Below, piece by piece: positions 9,074-18,938 of a stretch of 64,000 bases of DNA. This DNA is from a virus. The notes under the pieces are model-generated. The model ran no database searches. It was not told the origin of the DNA and worked only from the letters and a program-made list of their open reading frames with translations. The translations under genes and the position numbers were made by a program. The stretch is taken from positions 29,660 through 93,659 of IMG/VR virus record IMGVR_UViG_640427134_000001; one strand, written 5' to 3'. Each line of letters opens with the position of its first letter. The stretch's first letter is position 1.

Positions 9074-10405
9074 TTAAGCTGTCCGTAACCAGTAAGCCAC
9101 AACGATTGAAGGCTGCACGTTATTGTGCGGCTTATCTTTCCACCCTGTTTCCGATGTGGGTAAAGGAATCATCTTGCCTTGGGCGCCACTCGCGTAACCT
9201 GTACCACCTCCGCCGTGCCTACGTGCCCCGTGATAACCTGCCTCCCTGACTTTAAGCGCGGTTGAGGGCATCTCTTCGGCTACCAGCTTATGCTCATAAG
9301 CACCAAATGATGATTTAAGCGTCTTGGTCCATGCCGGATCAGCTGCTTTGGTTGATATACCAACAAGCGTTTTACCTTCTGCGAACCTGGCCCACGTGCC
9401 ATAACCTAAAGCAGCCTTAACCTCTGCACTGCTTTTATAGTTATTGGTTGTGGTATAGATAGAACCGATTGGCAGTTCGGTAACTTTGCTTTGAGCCGCC
9501 ACAAGCTGTTGCTGCAATTGCTCAATCTGCTTTTTCATGCCAGCCAGGTCAGACTCTCTTAGGTATTGGCTATGAGGGTGTGCTGCACTGGTATGGCCTG
9601 ATAAGTCTGTTTTTTTAGCATACTGGGTATGAGGGTCGGCTGCCTTGGTATGGTTGCTAAGATCGGTTGATACCTTCGTTATATCTTTACTGTGTTGTGT
9701 CAGCTGTCCACCATGCTGGGTTAGCGTGCCAGCGTGTGTATCAACTAGCTTTTTAAGTGCGTCGTGTAGCTTAACGTGTGCGTCATGTACTGTTTTAAGC
9801 GTGTATTGCGGGTGAGGGTTAGCAGCTGCAATGTGCTTGCTTAAATCACCCGATGCCGTATTGATATTTTGGCCTAGCTTATCCACCTTCTTATCAAGCT
9901 GTGAAAACTTATCGTTATTAATATATTGAGGGTGTGGATTGGCTGCGCCTACATGATCTTCCATCATCTTAACGACAATAGCGGCGTCAGGATCGGTTGA
10001 AACCGTTATGTTCTCAACGTCGATTTCGCCTAGCGATAAGCCAAAACTACCAACAAAGGTAACGTTTGCATATACGGTAAATAAAGGGGTGTTGCTGGCT
10101 GCTACTGCAAACAGCGTATTATCGCTTGTAAGCAATCCGATCTCGTGAATAACTCTTGATTGAATGCTGTTTAAGCTAACACTAAATCGCAAAGACTTAC
10201 TATCCTTCTCAATACCACTTGTCACGATATCAGAACGCATAGCCTCTGTTCTAATACGTGTTTCCTTACCAGTTGGGACGTACTTCGACGTGCCAGCGAC
10301 AAGCGTTTTTAAAGACAAGCTTATACCTTGCTTTTGAGCGTCTAGCACTGCTAAACGCCCTGCGTCGGTTATTTTAAATATAATTGGGTTGGGTTTATTC
10401 GCCAT
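9074..10405 (-). CDS. Tail fibre / short fibre protein
   Basis: N-terminal ITDAGRLA...EIGL....LFAV baseplate-attachment domain, four HxxAAxPHxQY repeats, and a C-terminal PIGSIY...GTW...HNNVQP collar-like domain. Confidence 0.8.
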   Translation of the reverse strand: MANKPNPIIFKITDAGRLAVLDAQKQGISLSLKTLVAGTSKYVPTGKETRIRTEAMRSDIVTSGIEKDSKSLRFSVSLNSIQSRVIHEIGLLTSDNTLFAVAASNTPLFTVYANVTFVGSFGLSLGEIDVENITVSTDPDAAIVVKMMEDHVGAANPHPQYINNDKFSQLDKKVDKLGQNINTASGDLSKHIAAANPHPQYTLKTVHDAHVKLHDALKKLVDTHAGTLTQHGGQLTQHSKDITKVSTDLSNHTKAADPHTQYAKKTDLSGHTSAAHPHSQYLRESDLAGMKKQIEQLQQQLVAAQSKVTELPIGSIYTTTNNYKSSAEVKAALGYGTWARFAEGKTLVGISTKAADPAWTKTLKSSFGAYEHKLVAEEMPSTALKVREAGYHGARRHGGGGTGYASGAQGKMIPLPTSETGWKDKPHNNVQPSIVVAYWLRTA

Positions 10406-10440
10406 GACTTACGCAATCCTTAAAATTTCGGTATTGCATA

Positions 10441-10479
10441 AGTTTAACCACTTAGGCTGGCAAGTATGCCATGTGTTCC
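10441..10479 (-). promoter_or_regulatory. Putative late promoter (GGAACAC-N26-TAAACT) for the fibre-gp26-gp25 operon
   Basis: GTGTTCC 10473-10479 and AGTTTA 10441-10446 on +. Confidence 0.72.
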
Positions 10480-10489
10480 ACCTGCCAGC

Positions 10490-12055
10490 CTACTCACCAA
10501 GCAATTCATCGGCCGCTTGCTTTAATAGGTCTAATTCATCGCTTTCAGTGCTACCGATATTTAGGTCCTCGTAACTTTCAACCGGCGCATAGCTTATGTT
10601 CTCCATAAAGCCAAACGCTATGGTATCTGCAATATCCGGTGACTTAATGCCCTTTTTGAGCATGTCTTTTTTGGACATCATGCACCAACGCGCCTTTTCA
10701 TCAAAGTAATACGGTAAGCGCGTCATCTGCTCTTCTAAGTTAGTCATTACCTGGTACATTTTTTTAACCTTATCGCTTACACTGAAATAGCCTTTTTCTA
10801 CTGCCTTAGCCATTGATACATAAGCGTGGCTGCGTTTGTTCATGTAGTAGCGTTTGAGCGTGTTGTTAAAGCAAGGCGAACCCCAATGCACTTCATCAAA
10901 ATACACCCCATCAGCTTTTAACGACTGCGTTAACCCCATACCAGCGCCTAGGGGATCAATCACCAAGGTCGCGCCTGGATAATCGCTCATTACATCATTG
11001 ATTTTGGCTTTAAGCGTATTGATATTAGCTCTATTACTAAACAGCGGTATATCAAGTAAATGTACGTGCCTCTCAATACGGCCCTTGATCATCTTATCAA
11101 CGACTTGCATTACCGATATCACGCTACTATCGCGGCCAACGTCGCCGCCCACGTCCACGGCTACGATGATACCCCACTTGTCACCCTCTTCAATCACGCA
11201 AGGCTGCTGCTTCATATTCTCGTAGTCAGTGCGCGTTAATAGGTACTCACCTTTAAGCTCTGGGAACTTACCGCGAATACGAATTAGATACCCTGGGCTG
11301 TTTCGACTGCCATACTGATACAAAGCCTCGATCAGCTTGTCCTTACTAACGATCGGTGACATTTCACCGTTAAATTCAAGCGCGGTCCACTTACCGCCGT
11401 TATGGTGGCTTAGCTTATGGTGTGTGTCGTAGAAGAAACCGGTGTTTTTAGCCGGCTGGCTAGTTAATACGGCCCTGTTGTTTTCATGGGTTAATGCGCC
11501 AATGGCAACTTCCATTACCGCGTCATCAATACCACAAGCTTCATCAGCCCATACCATGTAGTGATCGCCGTGTTGACCGGCAATGTTAGTTGGTTGGTGT
11601 TTAGGTGCTGTCTTAGCAAAAACGAACCAGGTATCTTTAAAACCCTTGATGTAAATCTTTTCTGCCAGCACGACAACATAATCAGCAAGCCAGCCTAGCG
11701 CCTTGTTATTGCGTAGGCGCTGCAAACAGATATTAATCTCTTTCCAAACAACCGTTCTAAGCTGGCCAATTTGAGGGGCGGTAAACAGCATTACCGACTC
11801 GGGGTAAAATAAAAGGTGCCATAAGGCGATAATGCCGGCCGAGCGCGATTTGCCAGTGCCATGACCAGATGCAACGCTTGTACGGCTGCCAGGGACAACA
11901 ATAGATTTAAACAATAGCTCTTGCTGCCAGGTTACTGCTTGTCCGGCCTGTATTGTCATATCTAAAGCTTCAACGGCAAAGCGCGTAATGTCATAGCGAT
12001 ACCTTTGGCATACCTCACGCCATTCAGGTAACAGCATTAAATCATCTAACATCAA
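10490..12055 (-). CDS. terL: Terminase large subunit, P1 PacB-like
   Basis: SVASGHGTGKS Walker A, VWADEACG Walker B, VDVGGDVGRDSS nuclease motif and C-terminal SPDIADT; N-terminus WREVCQRYRYD matches PacB as recalled. Confidence 0.92.
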   Translation of the reverse strand: MMLDDLMLLPEWREVCQRYRYDITRFAVEALDMTIQAGQAVTWQQELLFKSIVVPGSRTSVASGHGTGKSRSAGIIALWHLLFYPESVMLFTAPQIGQLRTVVWKEINICLQRLRNNKALGWLADYVVVLAEKIYIKGFKDTWFVFAKTAPKHQPTNIAGQHGDHYMVWADEACGIDDAVMEVAIGALTHENNRAVLTSQPAKNTGFFYDTHHKLSHHNGGKWTALEFNGEMSPIVSKDKLIEALYQYGSRNSPGYLIRIRGKFPELKGEYLLTRTDYENMKQQPCVIEEGDKWGIIVAVDVGGDVGRDSSVISVMQVVDKMIKGRIERHVHLLDIPLFSNRANINTLKAKINDVMSDYPGATLVIDPLGAGMGLTQSLKADGVYFDEVHWGSPCFNNTLKRYYMNKRSHAYVSMAKAVEKGYFSVSDKVKKMYQVMTNLEEQMTRLPYYFDEKARWCMMSKKDMLKKGIKSPDIADTIAFGFMENISYAPVESYEDLNIGSTESDELDLLKQAADELLGE

Positions 12056-12063
12056 CTACCCCA

Positions 12064-12588
12064 TTAAATACTAAAAGGCATTAAACCATAGTCGCTATCC
12101 TTGTCGTTTGAGCTATCATCAAGCGTTATTGGTGCGGTTGACATAAGATAGCCACCGTGTATCTTTCTAGCCGCCCAAATAGCCAATAAAACGGCCATGT
12201 GGCCATTGGTAATGCCCATTGAGTCAAAGTCTAATACTTTTCCTCGTTCGTCCATTTTGCGCATCTGAATAACGTCTTTTGGCTCATACCGTCTTAACGC
12301 ATCCTCAATCAAAATTAAGCCTGATCGCTGGGCCTCGTTATACACAGCCATAACCTCTGCCATTTGCTCGGACTCGTTAAAACTCATATCCCAGTAATCA
12401 AAGATCATTGGCGTATCAGTGACTACCACAGCATTATCTTTTGGTACCGGCTGCTCTTTCCACGTGGCTTGTTTTTTAAGCATAACCCTGCCTGATGCTG
12501 GCAAGACAACGCCTAATACGCGTATAGCCTCGCCAGCATAAGCGGCCGCCCTTGCGTCAATAACAACCGGCTTAACCTGGTCATTCAT
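12064..12588 (-). CDS. Hypothetical phage morphogenesis protein
   Basis: 174-aa ORF coupled between the PmgC-like gene and terL. Confidence 0.55.
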   Translation of the reverse strand: MNDQVKPVVIDARAAAYAGEAIRVLGVVLPASGRVMLKKQATWKEQPVPKDNAVVVTDTPMIFDYWDMSFNESEQMAEVMAVYNEAQRSGLILIEDALRRYEPKDVIQMRKMDERGKVLDFDSMGITNGHMAVLLAIWAARKIHGGYLMSTAPITLDDSSNDKDSDYGLMPFSI

Positions 12589-13591
12589 CGCCGGCAGCCC
12601 CTTTCTTGGCCACGTTAGTTTCAGTGATTACACCCGTATCAGGGTCAATAGCAACTCTGACTTCATGGTCTGAATCTTCATCATCAACATTGGCTTCGAT
12701 AACCAGGCTATTAAGCTTCTCATAGCTATCACGGTTCCCCTCAACTGGCTTATCCCCTGGAATCGGAACTCTTGGCGGGTTAATAGCTGGGCCTTCTGGG
12801 TTTTCAGGATCAAGCGGTATCGTTGGCTTCTCTGGATCATATTCAGGGTTTGGCCGTGTCGGTAAGCTCTCTTGTGGCTCTCCAGTATCGGTCACTTCAT
12901 CCCAATCACCACCCAATCCCACAAACTCAGGAATAGCACCAACGATCGTACAATCAACCGTTACGATGAATAGGTTTTTAAGGTCAATAGATGCGTTATC
13001 AGGGTAAAGGCTGTTTTCTAATACCCTAAAATTCCAATCATCTTTAATCGCCTTACCCTCAAGAACCCCAACGTCATAAGACACTGGGAATGTTCTTTTC
13101 TCTTCGTGTTTCCAAAAGCTGGCAAACTGCCTGGCAATATCCGACGCGCTATGGGGATCGGGGCTAAAAAAGGCAATTTGACAACGATAAGCCACGGGGA
13201 CCGATCGCATTTGCACCACTCGCTTTAATGGATCTTGAGGTAGCACCACGTTTACCCAATACGGTAGGCCGCCTACCTGGTCATATTCAGGCGGCGTTTC
13301 AATCGGACTAATGGCCGTCATGAGGACCGGTAAGTAAACGGACGAGCCGGACTCTTTTTTGTAACCTGCGTTTTTTGCGTTATCGTTTTCCTGGATAGCT
13401 TTTAACATGCTCTCCACATCATCGACCATTGAGGTTTTGGCCACAACAATAGCCGCTTCTAGCCTGCGTCGTTTCCAGTCATAAACGCCTTGAGTGGTTG
13501 GCATGCACCACTGCCTAAAGTCTCTTAGATTCATGGCCCATGCCAGCTGCAAGCACTCAAGCGGTGATAGTAGTCGTTTTGTCTTGCTCAT
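12581..13591 (-). CDS. P1 PmgC-like neck/tail-terminator protein with Pro-rich C-terminus
   Basis: LPVLMTAISP and PVAYRCQIAFFSPD...A..FASF resemble recalled PmgC segments. Confidence 0.5.
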   Translation of the reverse strand: MSKTKRLLSPLECLQLAWAMNLRDFRQWCMPTTQGVYDWKRRRLEAAIVVAKTSMVDDVESMLKAIQENDNAKNAGYKKESGSSVYLPVLMTAISPIETPPEYDQVGGLPYWVNVVLPQDPLKRVVQMRSVPVAYRCQIAFFSPDPHSASDIARQFASFWKHEEKRTFPVSYDVGVLEGKAIKDDWNFRVLENSLYPDNASIDLKNLFIVTVDCTIVGAIPEFVGLGGDWDEVTDTGEPQESLPTRPNPEYDPEKPTIPLDPENPEGPAINPPRVPIPGDKPVEGNRDSYEKLNSLVIEANVDDEDSDHEVRVAIDPDTGVITETNVAKKGAAGDE

Positions 13592-13605
13592 TGCTCAACC
13601 CTTAA

Positions 13606-14538
13606 TTAAAGACCACGGAATCTATCAACAATACTGATGCGCTCTTCTTGTCTATCTGACTTGCCAGCCACTTTATCTAGCTCGCTTATGCGTAAATCTG
13701 CGTCTGATGTACTGCCAATATGAAAGCTATCCCATTGGGCCTTAATTTCATCAAACGGCTTAGAAGGGCAAATTAGGCTGTCAAAAAGCTCTAATTCTCG
13801 CTGCTTCTTGCGCTCTAATACTTTTTGACGACGCATTTCTGCATTTATCAAAGCGTCCTGGGCTGCTAGTGCTTCACGCTGATAATGGCTTACCAGTGAC
13901 TCTGAATGTAGGGCTGTTTGCATTGAGTCGTATTGAGCAATGATGATGCGCTCTAAAGCCTCTTTTAAGACAATCTGATCTTGTGGTAGCTCTACCAGGC
14001 TATCAAAGCACGCCTCACCTTCGGTATAAGCGCCATTCAAGATACTATCAAACATGCCGTCGCCTTTATTTGTGGCATAGTTTGGCGTTCTCACATAGTC
14101 AAAGCCATGAAAGCCGGTGACCTCATAATAACCGTCTGGCTTACGTCTGCGGTTAATAGCACTACTAAACCCGCCAGCTTTATTCGCGTATAAGCGCGCG
14201 GCAAATTGGCCGTCGTCGGTATCTAAGAACTCATGCTGCGTAACAACGTTTCCATCATCGTCGGCTTCAAGTCGAATTGTGCGTAAGGCTGGCTGGATTT
14301 TAATAATACGGCCCGTCTTTTCATCCACCCATTGGTCTGGTGGGTACATGCCAAAACGAGCACGTATCTCATGGCCATTAAAGCCAAACAAATCACCACT
14401 GCTAACAAGCTCTTGAACCTCTGGTGAATTAATCTTGTTAACCATTGAGCGAATATCTAAATCTGATCTATCCTGGCCATTGTATTTGCGACCACGGTCC
14501 GCCAGGTTGTATGTAATAACTTTAGTTTTCTTAGCCAT
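13606..14538 (-). CDS. Prohead protease, P1 Pro-like
   Basis: G(D/E)LFG(F/Y)xGH, PALRT, AGGFS and FHGFDYVRTPNY match recalled P1 Pro motifs. Confidence 0.8.
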   Translation of the reverse strand: MAKKTKVITYNLADRGRKYNGQDRSDLDIRSMVNKINSPEVQELVSSGDLFGFNGHEIRARFGMYPPDQWVDEKTGRIIKIQPALRTIRLEADDDGNVVTQHEFLDTDDGQFAARLYANKAGGFSSAINRRRKPDGYYEVTGFHGFDYVRTPNYATNKGDGMFDSILNGAYTEGEACFDSLVELPQDQIVLKEALERIIIAQYDSMQTALHSESLVSHYQREALAAQDALINAEMRRQKVLERKKQRELELFDSLICPSKPFDEIKAQWDSFHIGSTSDADLRISELDKVAGKSDRQEERISIVDRFRGL

Positions 14539-14585
14539 GAAAAAAAACCCCTTAAAAAAGGCATAGAATATTTAATATATGCCTT

Positions 14586-14624
14586 AGTTTAAGGGGTTAA
14601 GCTGTTTTGCCTTTGGGGTGTTCC
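14586..14624 (-). promoter_or_regulatory. Putative late promoter (GGAACAC-N26-TAAACT) for the protease-terL operon
   Basis: GTGTTCC 14618-14624 and AGTTTA 14586-14591 on +. Confidence 0.72.
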
Positions 14625-14999
14625 TTTAGGCGAAAAAAAAGGCCGCCAGGGAACGGGGCAGCCAAAAAAAATACAAGGATCAATAGAAATAACACGTCAT
14701 CGTAAAAACGGGGTAGAACCGCCCCGAAATTGTCGGAGACTCAACGCTCCAAGAGAATACGACAATGAAAACACGAGGCTATACCCCTGAAATGAAAGAG
14801 CGAGCCGTCCGTATGCTAATTGAAGCTAAAGCCGATTACCCATCCACCTGCTCAGCCATCAAAGCTATAGCACCAAAGATAGGTTGCACACCTGAGACCC
14901 TACGATCATGGCATAAAAAGCACGTAGATAAAACTGATGTATGCTGAAAAAAACGGACAAAAATATTTGGTAAACTAGAATCCTAAACAGGAGTTTACC

Positions 15000-15296
15000 A
15001 TGAGTAAGAAAAGAGTAGAATACAGCGACACTTTCAAAGCTGAAGCCATCGCCAAAGTCAAAGAAAATAACGGCAACATCAGTCAAACGGCTAAAGAACT
15101 TGGCATACCCATGAACACACTAGCAAACTGGCATAGGAAGGCTGAAAGAGGCGTACTTGCAGGCACCCAAAATTACAATTCTGAACTCATAGCCGCCTTG
15201 GATGAAATCAAAGACCTAAAAAAACAACTAAGAATCGCTCAAGAGGAACGAGAAATTCTAAAAAAGGCAACGGCGTACTTTGCCAAGAATCAATAG
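15000..15296 (+). CDS. IS3 transposase OrfA (HTH)
   Basis: YSDTFKAEAI...ILKKATAYFAK signature. Confidence 0.92.
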   Translation: MSKKRVEYSDTFKAEAIAKVKENNGNISQTAKELGIPMNTLANWHRKAERGVLAGTQNYNSELIAALDEIKDLKKQLRIAQEEREILKKATAYFAKNQ

Positions 15297-15310
15297 CCAA
15301 GTACGCCTTT

Positions 15311-16165
15311 ATGCAAGAGAATCGATTGAAATACTGCATACAACGTATGGCGACCGTATTTGAAGTCAGCCTATCAGGCTACTATGACTGGCTAAAGCGA
15401 GGCATGAGCAAGCGAAAACAGCACCACAATCGCTGTGAGTTACTGGTCAAATCCGCTCATATGGATACACAGCAAAGCTATGGGCATGAACGCTTGCATC
15501 AGCATTTAACCAGCCAAGGACACGACATCAGCCTGTACATGGTTCGGCAAATCAAGCAAGAACATGGTATTTACTGCAAACGCCACAAGCGATCTAAGGT
15601 GACTACTGACTCAAATCATAATAAGCCTGTGTATCCAAACTTGTTAGAACAGCAGTTTGACGTGGCAGCACCCAATATCGCTTGGGTTAGCGATATTACC
15701 TATATTTGGACCAATGAAGGCTGGGTGTACTTGGCAGCGTTCAAAGACTTGTACAGCAAAGAGATTGTGGGATATGCTCTAAATAAGCGTATGACCGCTG
15801 ATTTGGTTTGTGAGGCTTTAAACAATGCCATTAAGTACAAACGCCCTGCTCGGGGCTTAATCGTGCATTCTGACAGGGGTAGTCAGTATTGTAGCCATCA
15901 ATACCGCCAAATCATCGACAAGTATGGTTTTGCTGGCTCTATGAGCCGAAAAGGCAATTGCTACGATAACGCCCCGATTGAAAGCTTCTGGGGTCAGTTA
16001 AAAAACGAGCTGATTTATCACAAAGTCTATGAGACTCGTGATGAAGCCATTAAGGATGTGGTTAGATATATTGAGATTTTTTACAACCGTCAACGAATAC
16101 AAAAAGGGTTAGGATTTAAGTCACCTACTCAAGTATTCCAAGACTTTTACCGTCAGGCTGCCTGA
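15311..16165 (+). CDS. IS3 transposase OrfB (DDE), likely joined to OrfA by a -1 frameshift
   Basis: WVSDITY, HSDRGSQY and DNAPIESF motifs. Confidence 0.93.
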   Translation: MQENRLKYCIQRMATVFEVSLSGYYDWLKRGMSKRKQHHNRCELLVKSAHMDTQQSYGHERLHQHLTSQGHDISLYMVRQIKQEHGIYCKRHKRSKVTTDSNHNKPVYPNLLEQQFDVAAPNIAWVSDITYIWTNEGWVYLAAFKDLYSKEIVGYALNKRMTADLVCEALNNAIKYKRPARGLIVHSDRGSQYCSHQYRQIIDKYGFAGSMSRKGNCYDNAPIESFWGQLKNELIYHKVYETRDEAIKDVVRYIEIFYNRQRIQKGLGFKSPTQVFQDFYRQAA

Positions 16166-16607
16166 TGAAATCTACCAAATGTTTTTCTCCGTTGTTGACA
16201 GCAGAGGTCAAACCATTCCTGCAAATATTCAAGCTCAAAGCCAAGCCGAGCGTATCAAAGAGCTTGAACGTGAGAACAGAGAACTAAAACAAGCCAATGA
16301 CATTATAAAGAAAGCTACAGGTCTTGAAGCCCAGACGCAGCTCGACCGCAAACCCCCAAAATAGTCTGTTATAAGTGGCTTTATTATAACGGTCTATTTT
16401 AGGTGGTCTATTAATGTTTTATAAGGCGTTTTCAGGTGGTTCTGCTAGGGTATACTGAAAATAAACTTGTCCTGTGCCTGATTCCAGTAAAACACTCTCC
16501 GAAAATATCGAGACGATTCACGGTTGGTTACAGATAGTTTGGGTATTATTTTTATCTCTATGCTTGATAGGCTTTATGAGCTTACCACAAATAATTTTTT
16601 CATTCGG

Positions 16608-17408
16608 TCAGTCCTCGCTTTCATCCGACCAATTTTGACTCAACTCACTCACCAAACGACTCTCATCGCATTTAAAATCAATATAGTGATAGGTATTGGC
16701 AGGCAATAGCCAATCCTGCCCTGTCAGTGGACATTTTTGTTCCATATCTTCTGCCTTTGTCCAATCACGGTAATTCATTAAAAAATAATAGGTGGGTACA
16801 CCTGTGCTTTGTTCAATGATACGGCACAATTCTCGACCTATTTTGCTATGCTCAGAATTGGGATTTTGCATTTGCTCTAAGGCAAAGGCTTCACTTACTG
16901 GTTGAGAACCAAGCCACAAACGATATAACGCTTCAGCCTGTCGATACCATGACCACACATTATCATAACAAGGGTGATCAGGTTGGGTATATGGGATTTT
17001 ATATAGAGGAATGCCTTGTAAGGTTACTCCATCTAGTAAAGGCGAACTCCAGCCCCAACGCAACATGTAAAATTCAGATTGCGTTGGTACGGCATAACGG
17101 GGAAGAGGATAGTCATGGTCTTCTCCGATATACAAGGTTTGAATGGGTTTACCTGCTAACTGTTCGATTTTATTGTGCATTTCTTGGGCATAGCTGTTCA
17201 TATTTTTACGGTCAAGGGCATCCATTTCAGGACACACTACAGTCACGCGAGTAATATCATTTTGGCTAACAGCTAAATGATGGTTACGGGGTAATATTTG
17301 TCCGTTGCCTTCTAAATCTCCTAAATAACAAAATACATCATGGTCGTGGCTGTCATCATCTTCAGCGATACCTGTATATTGGGGTATGATAATATCAAAG
17401 GCGTGCAT
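16608..17408 (-). CDS. DUF2310 Zn-ribbon-containing protein
   Basis: GNGQIL, SPL..G...IPLY.IP, GRELC..IE..TG.PTYYFL and CP..G..W...FKC..SRLVS pattern. Confidence 0.8.
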   Translation of the reverse strand: MHAFDIIIPQYTGIAEDDDSHDHDVFCYLGDLEGNGQILPRNHHLAVSQNDITRVTVVCPEMDALDRKNMNSYAQEMHNKIEQLAGKPIQTLYIGEDHDYPLPRYAVPTQSEFYMLRWGWSSPLLDGVTLQGIPLYKIPYTQPDHPCYDNVWSWYRQAEALYRLWLGSQPVSEAFALEQMQNPNSEHSKIGRELCRIIEQSTGVPTYYFLMNYRDWTKAEDMEQKCPLTGQDWLLPANTYHYIDFKCDESRLVSELSQNWSDESED

Positions 17409-17616
17409 TTTTATATCTCATGCTTAATTTATATTAAATATAGTTGGGGATGTTGCTGTTGAAATTGGTTAAAGTGCTGTCTTGTAGTGGCAATTTAACC
17501 TATACCGTCAATGCCGTACACTCAAAATCGGGATATTTTGGTCAGACAATTAGCAGATTTTTTAAGTATAATTAAAGTTAAACAGCGGCTCAAATTTACT
17601 TAAGAGTATTAAAAAC

Positions 17617-18384
17617 ATGGAACTAAAATCAATAAAAGACCAACTTTATTACTCCACTGTGATGATCGAAACAGCTCAAGGAGCAGGAACGGCTTTCTTA
17701 CTATCCAAAACAATAGTTGGGCTTACTAGAGTCTATTTAGTAACTAACAAACATGTGGTTAAAGATAAAACAGACTGTGTGGTTAGATTCCATAGATCAG
17801 AATCCTTGGATCCGAAAACCAAAGTAGGTGACTTTGTTTATCACTTCACGAATGAAGACTGGGTTAATGGCTGGAAGTTTCATGATGATAATGAAGTTGA
17901 TTTAGCAGTATTTAATTTAACAGAAACAATAGCTGCTCTTTATCAGCAAGAGCACTATATATTCTATCGTTGTCTAACAACGGATATGATTACTAGTAGG
18001 GAAAAAGAAAAAGATATTGTTGTAATGGAAAGGATATTTTTCGTAGGTTATCCTAATGCTATTAGGGATGAAGTTAATAATTTACCTATAGCGAGAAGTG
18101 GCTATTTAGCTACACCTTTATATTCGAATTTCGATGGAAAAGAAGCGTTTTTGTTCGATGCTAGTGTCTTTGAAGGGTCGAGTGGTAGTCCGGTATGTAT
18201 TGTGAATGAAAATTTTGAAACTTATTCCGATGCAAGGGGAAATGCTAAAATCGAAGGGCGCTGTATCTTAGCTGGAGTAAACTCTAGTACATATACTAGA
18301 GTAAGCGATAAACAATACTTAAATATTGGATACGCATGGAAAGCTTATAAAATTTTAGAAATTCTTGAACAGAACGAAATATAG
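17617..18384 (+). CDS. Cytoplasmic trypsin-like serine protease
   Basis: Catalytic triad contexts LVTNKHVV, VDLAVF and GSSGSPV; no signal peptide seen. Confidence 0.85.
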   Translation: MELKSIKDQLYYSTVMIETAQGAGTAFLLSKTIVGLTRVYLVTNKHVVKDKTDCVVRFHRSESLDPKTKVGDFVYHFTNEDWVNGWKFHDDNEVDLAVFNLTETIAALYQQEHYIFYRCLTTDMITSREKEKDIVVMERIFFVGYPNAIRDEVNNLPIARSGYLATPLYSNFDGKEAFLFDASVFEGSSGSPVCIVNENFETYSDARGNAKIEGRCILAGVNSSTYTRVSDKQYLNIGYAWKAYKILEILEQNEI

Positions 18385-18444
18385 TTTAATCTACACTATG
18401 AATTAAGGAGACCATCCGAGACCATCCCGAATTCTGGTCACTAT

Positions 18445-18735
18445 CTAGTTTTCTAGCAATCTTCTAAGCTCAAATTTTGCTTTCTCAAAATTGCTAAAAA
18501 TGATATTCAGTACACTTATTTTTTCGTCAGTTCCTTCAAACTCACTATACCAGTATTCAAAGTCGAACTGACCATCAGATTCATAAGTAATCTTTATAGC
18601 TTTTTTCTTGTCTTTGTGAATAAAGCTGACGTTATCTTCGGTATCTAGCAAAGTGCCATCATTACCATTCTTATTAAGCCATAACTGCCAATTTTGTGCG
18701 GTAGTGACACTACGCCATAATTCTAGCGATTTCAT
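18445..18735 (-). CDS. Hypothetical protein
   Basis: 96-aa AT-rich ORF. Confidence 0.55.
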   Translation of the reverse strand: MKSLELWRSVTTAQNWQLWLNKNGNDGTLLDTEDNVSFIHKDKKKAIKITYESDGQFDFEYWYSEFEGTDEKISVLNIIFSNFEKAKFELRRLLEN

Positions 18736-18938
18736 AATTTCTCTATTGGTAGTTTTATTGATTAAGTTGACGGATTTTAAGCTTAAAACGCTAAAATTTT
18801 GTACACCTTGAAGTACACAGTGAATATTTTAGCAAGTTAGTACGTTGATAACATTAGCCTGTAGCCTATTTTTCAAGTCCTCACTAGGGAGCCGAACCAG
18901 TAAAGATGCCTAACTGGTTCGCCATAGGTGTAGCTGTT

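Larger units (their letters stand above)
14935..16210 (+). mobile_element. Complete IS3-family element, 1276 bp, copy 1
   Basis: TG...CA ends, imperfect ~38-bp IRs, 3-bp TSD AAC (14932-14934 / 16211-16213), A6G slippery site at 15260-15266. Confidence 0.95.
14714..16364 (+). mobile_element. Truncated IS3-family (IS51/IS629-like) element: left IR plus orfA only, interrupted by another IS3
   Basis: AGAACCGCCCC left IR. Removing 14935-16210 rejoins orfA (MKTRGYTPEMKERAVRM...HVDK / TIPANIQ...LDRKPPK). No orfB follows. Confidence 0.8.

Noticed and set aside
9074-10405. P1-like invertible tail-fibre segment (cin/cix)
   Set aside because: No invertase gene, no inverted fibre 3' duplicate and no flanking inverted sites were found.
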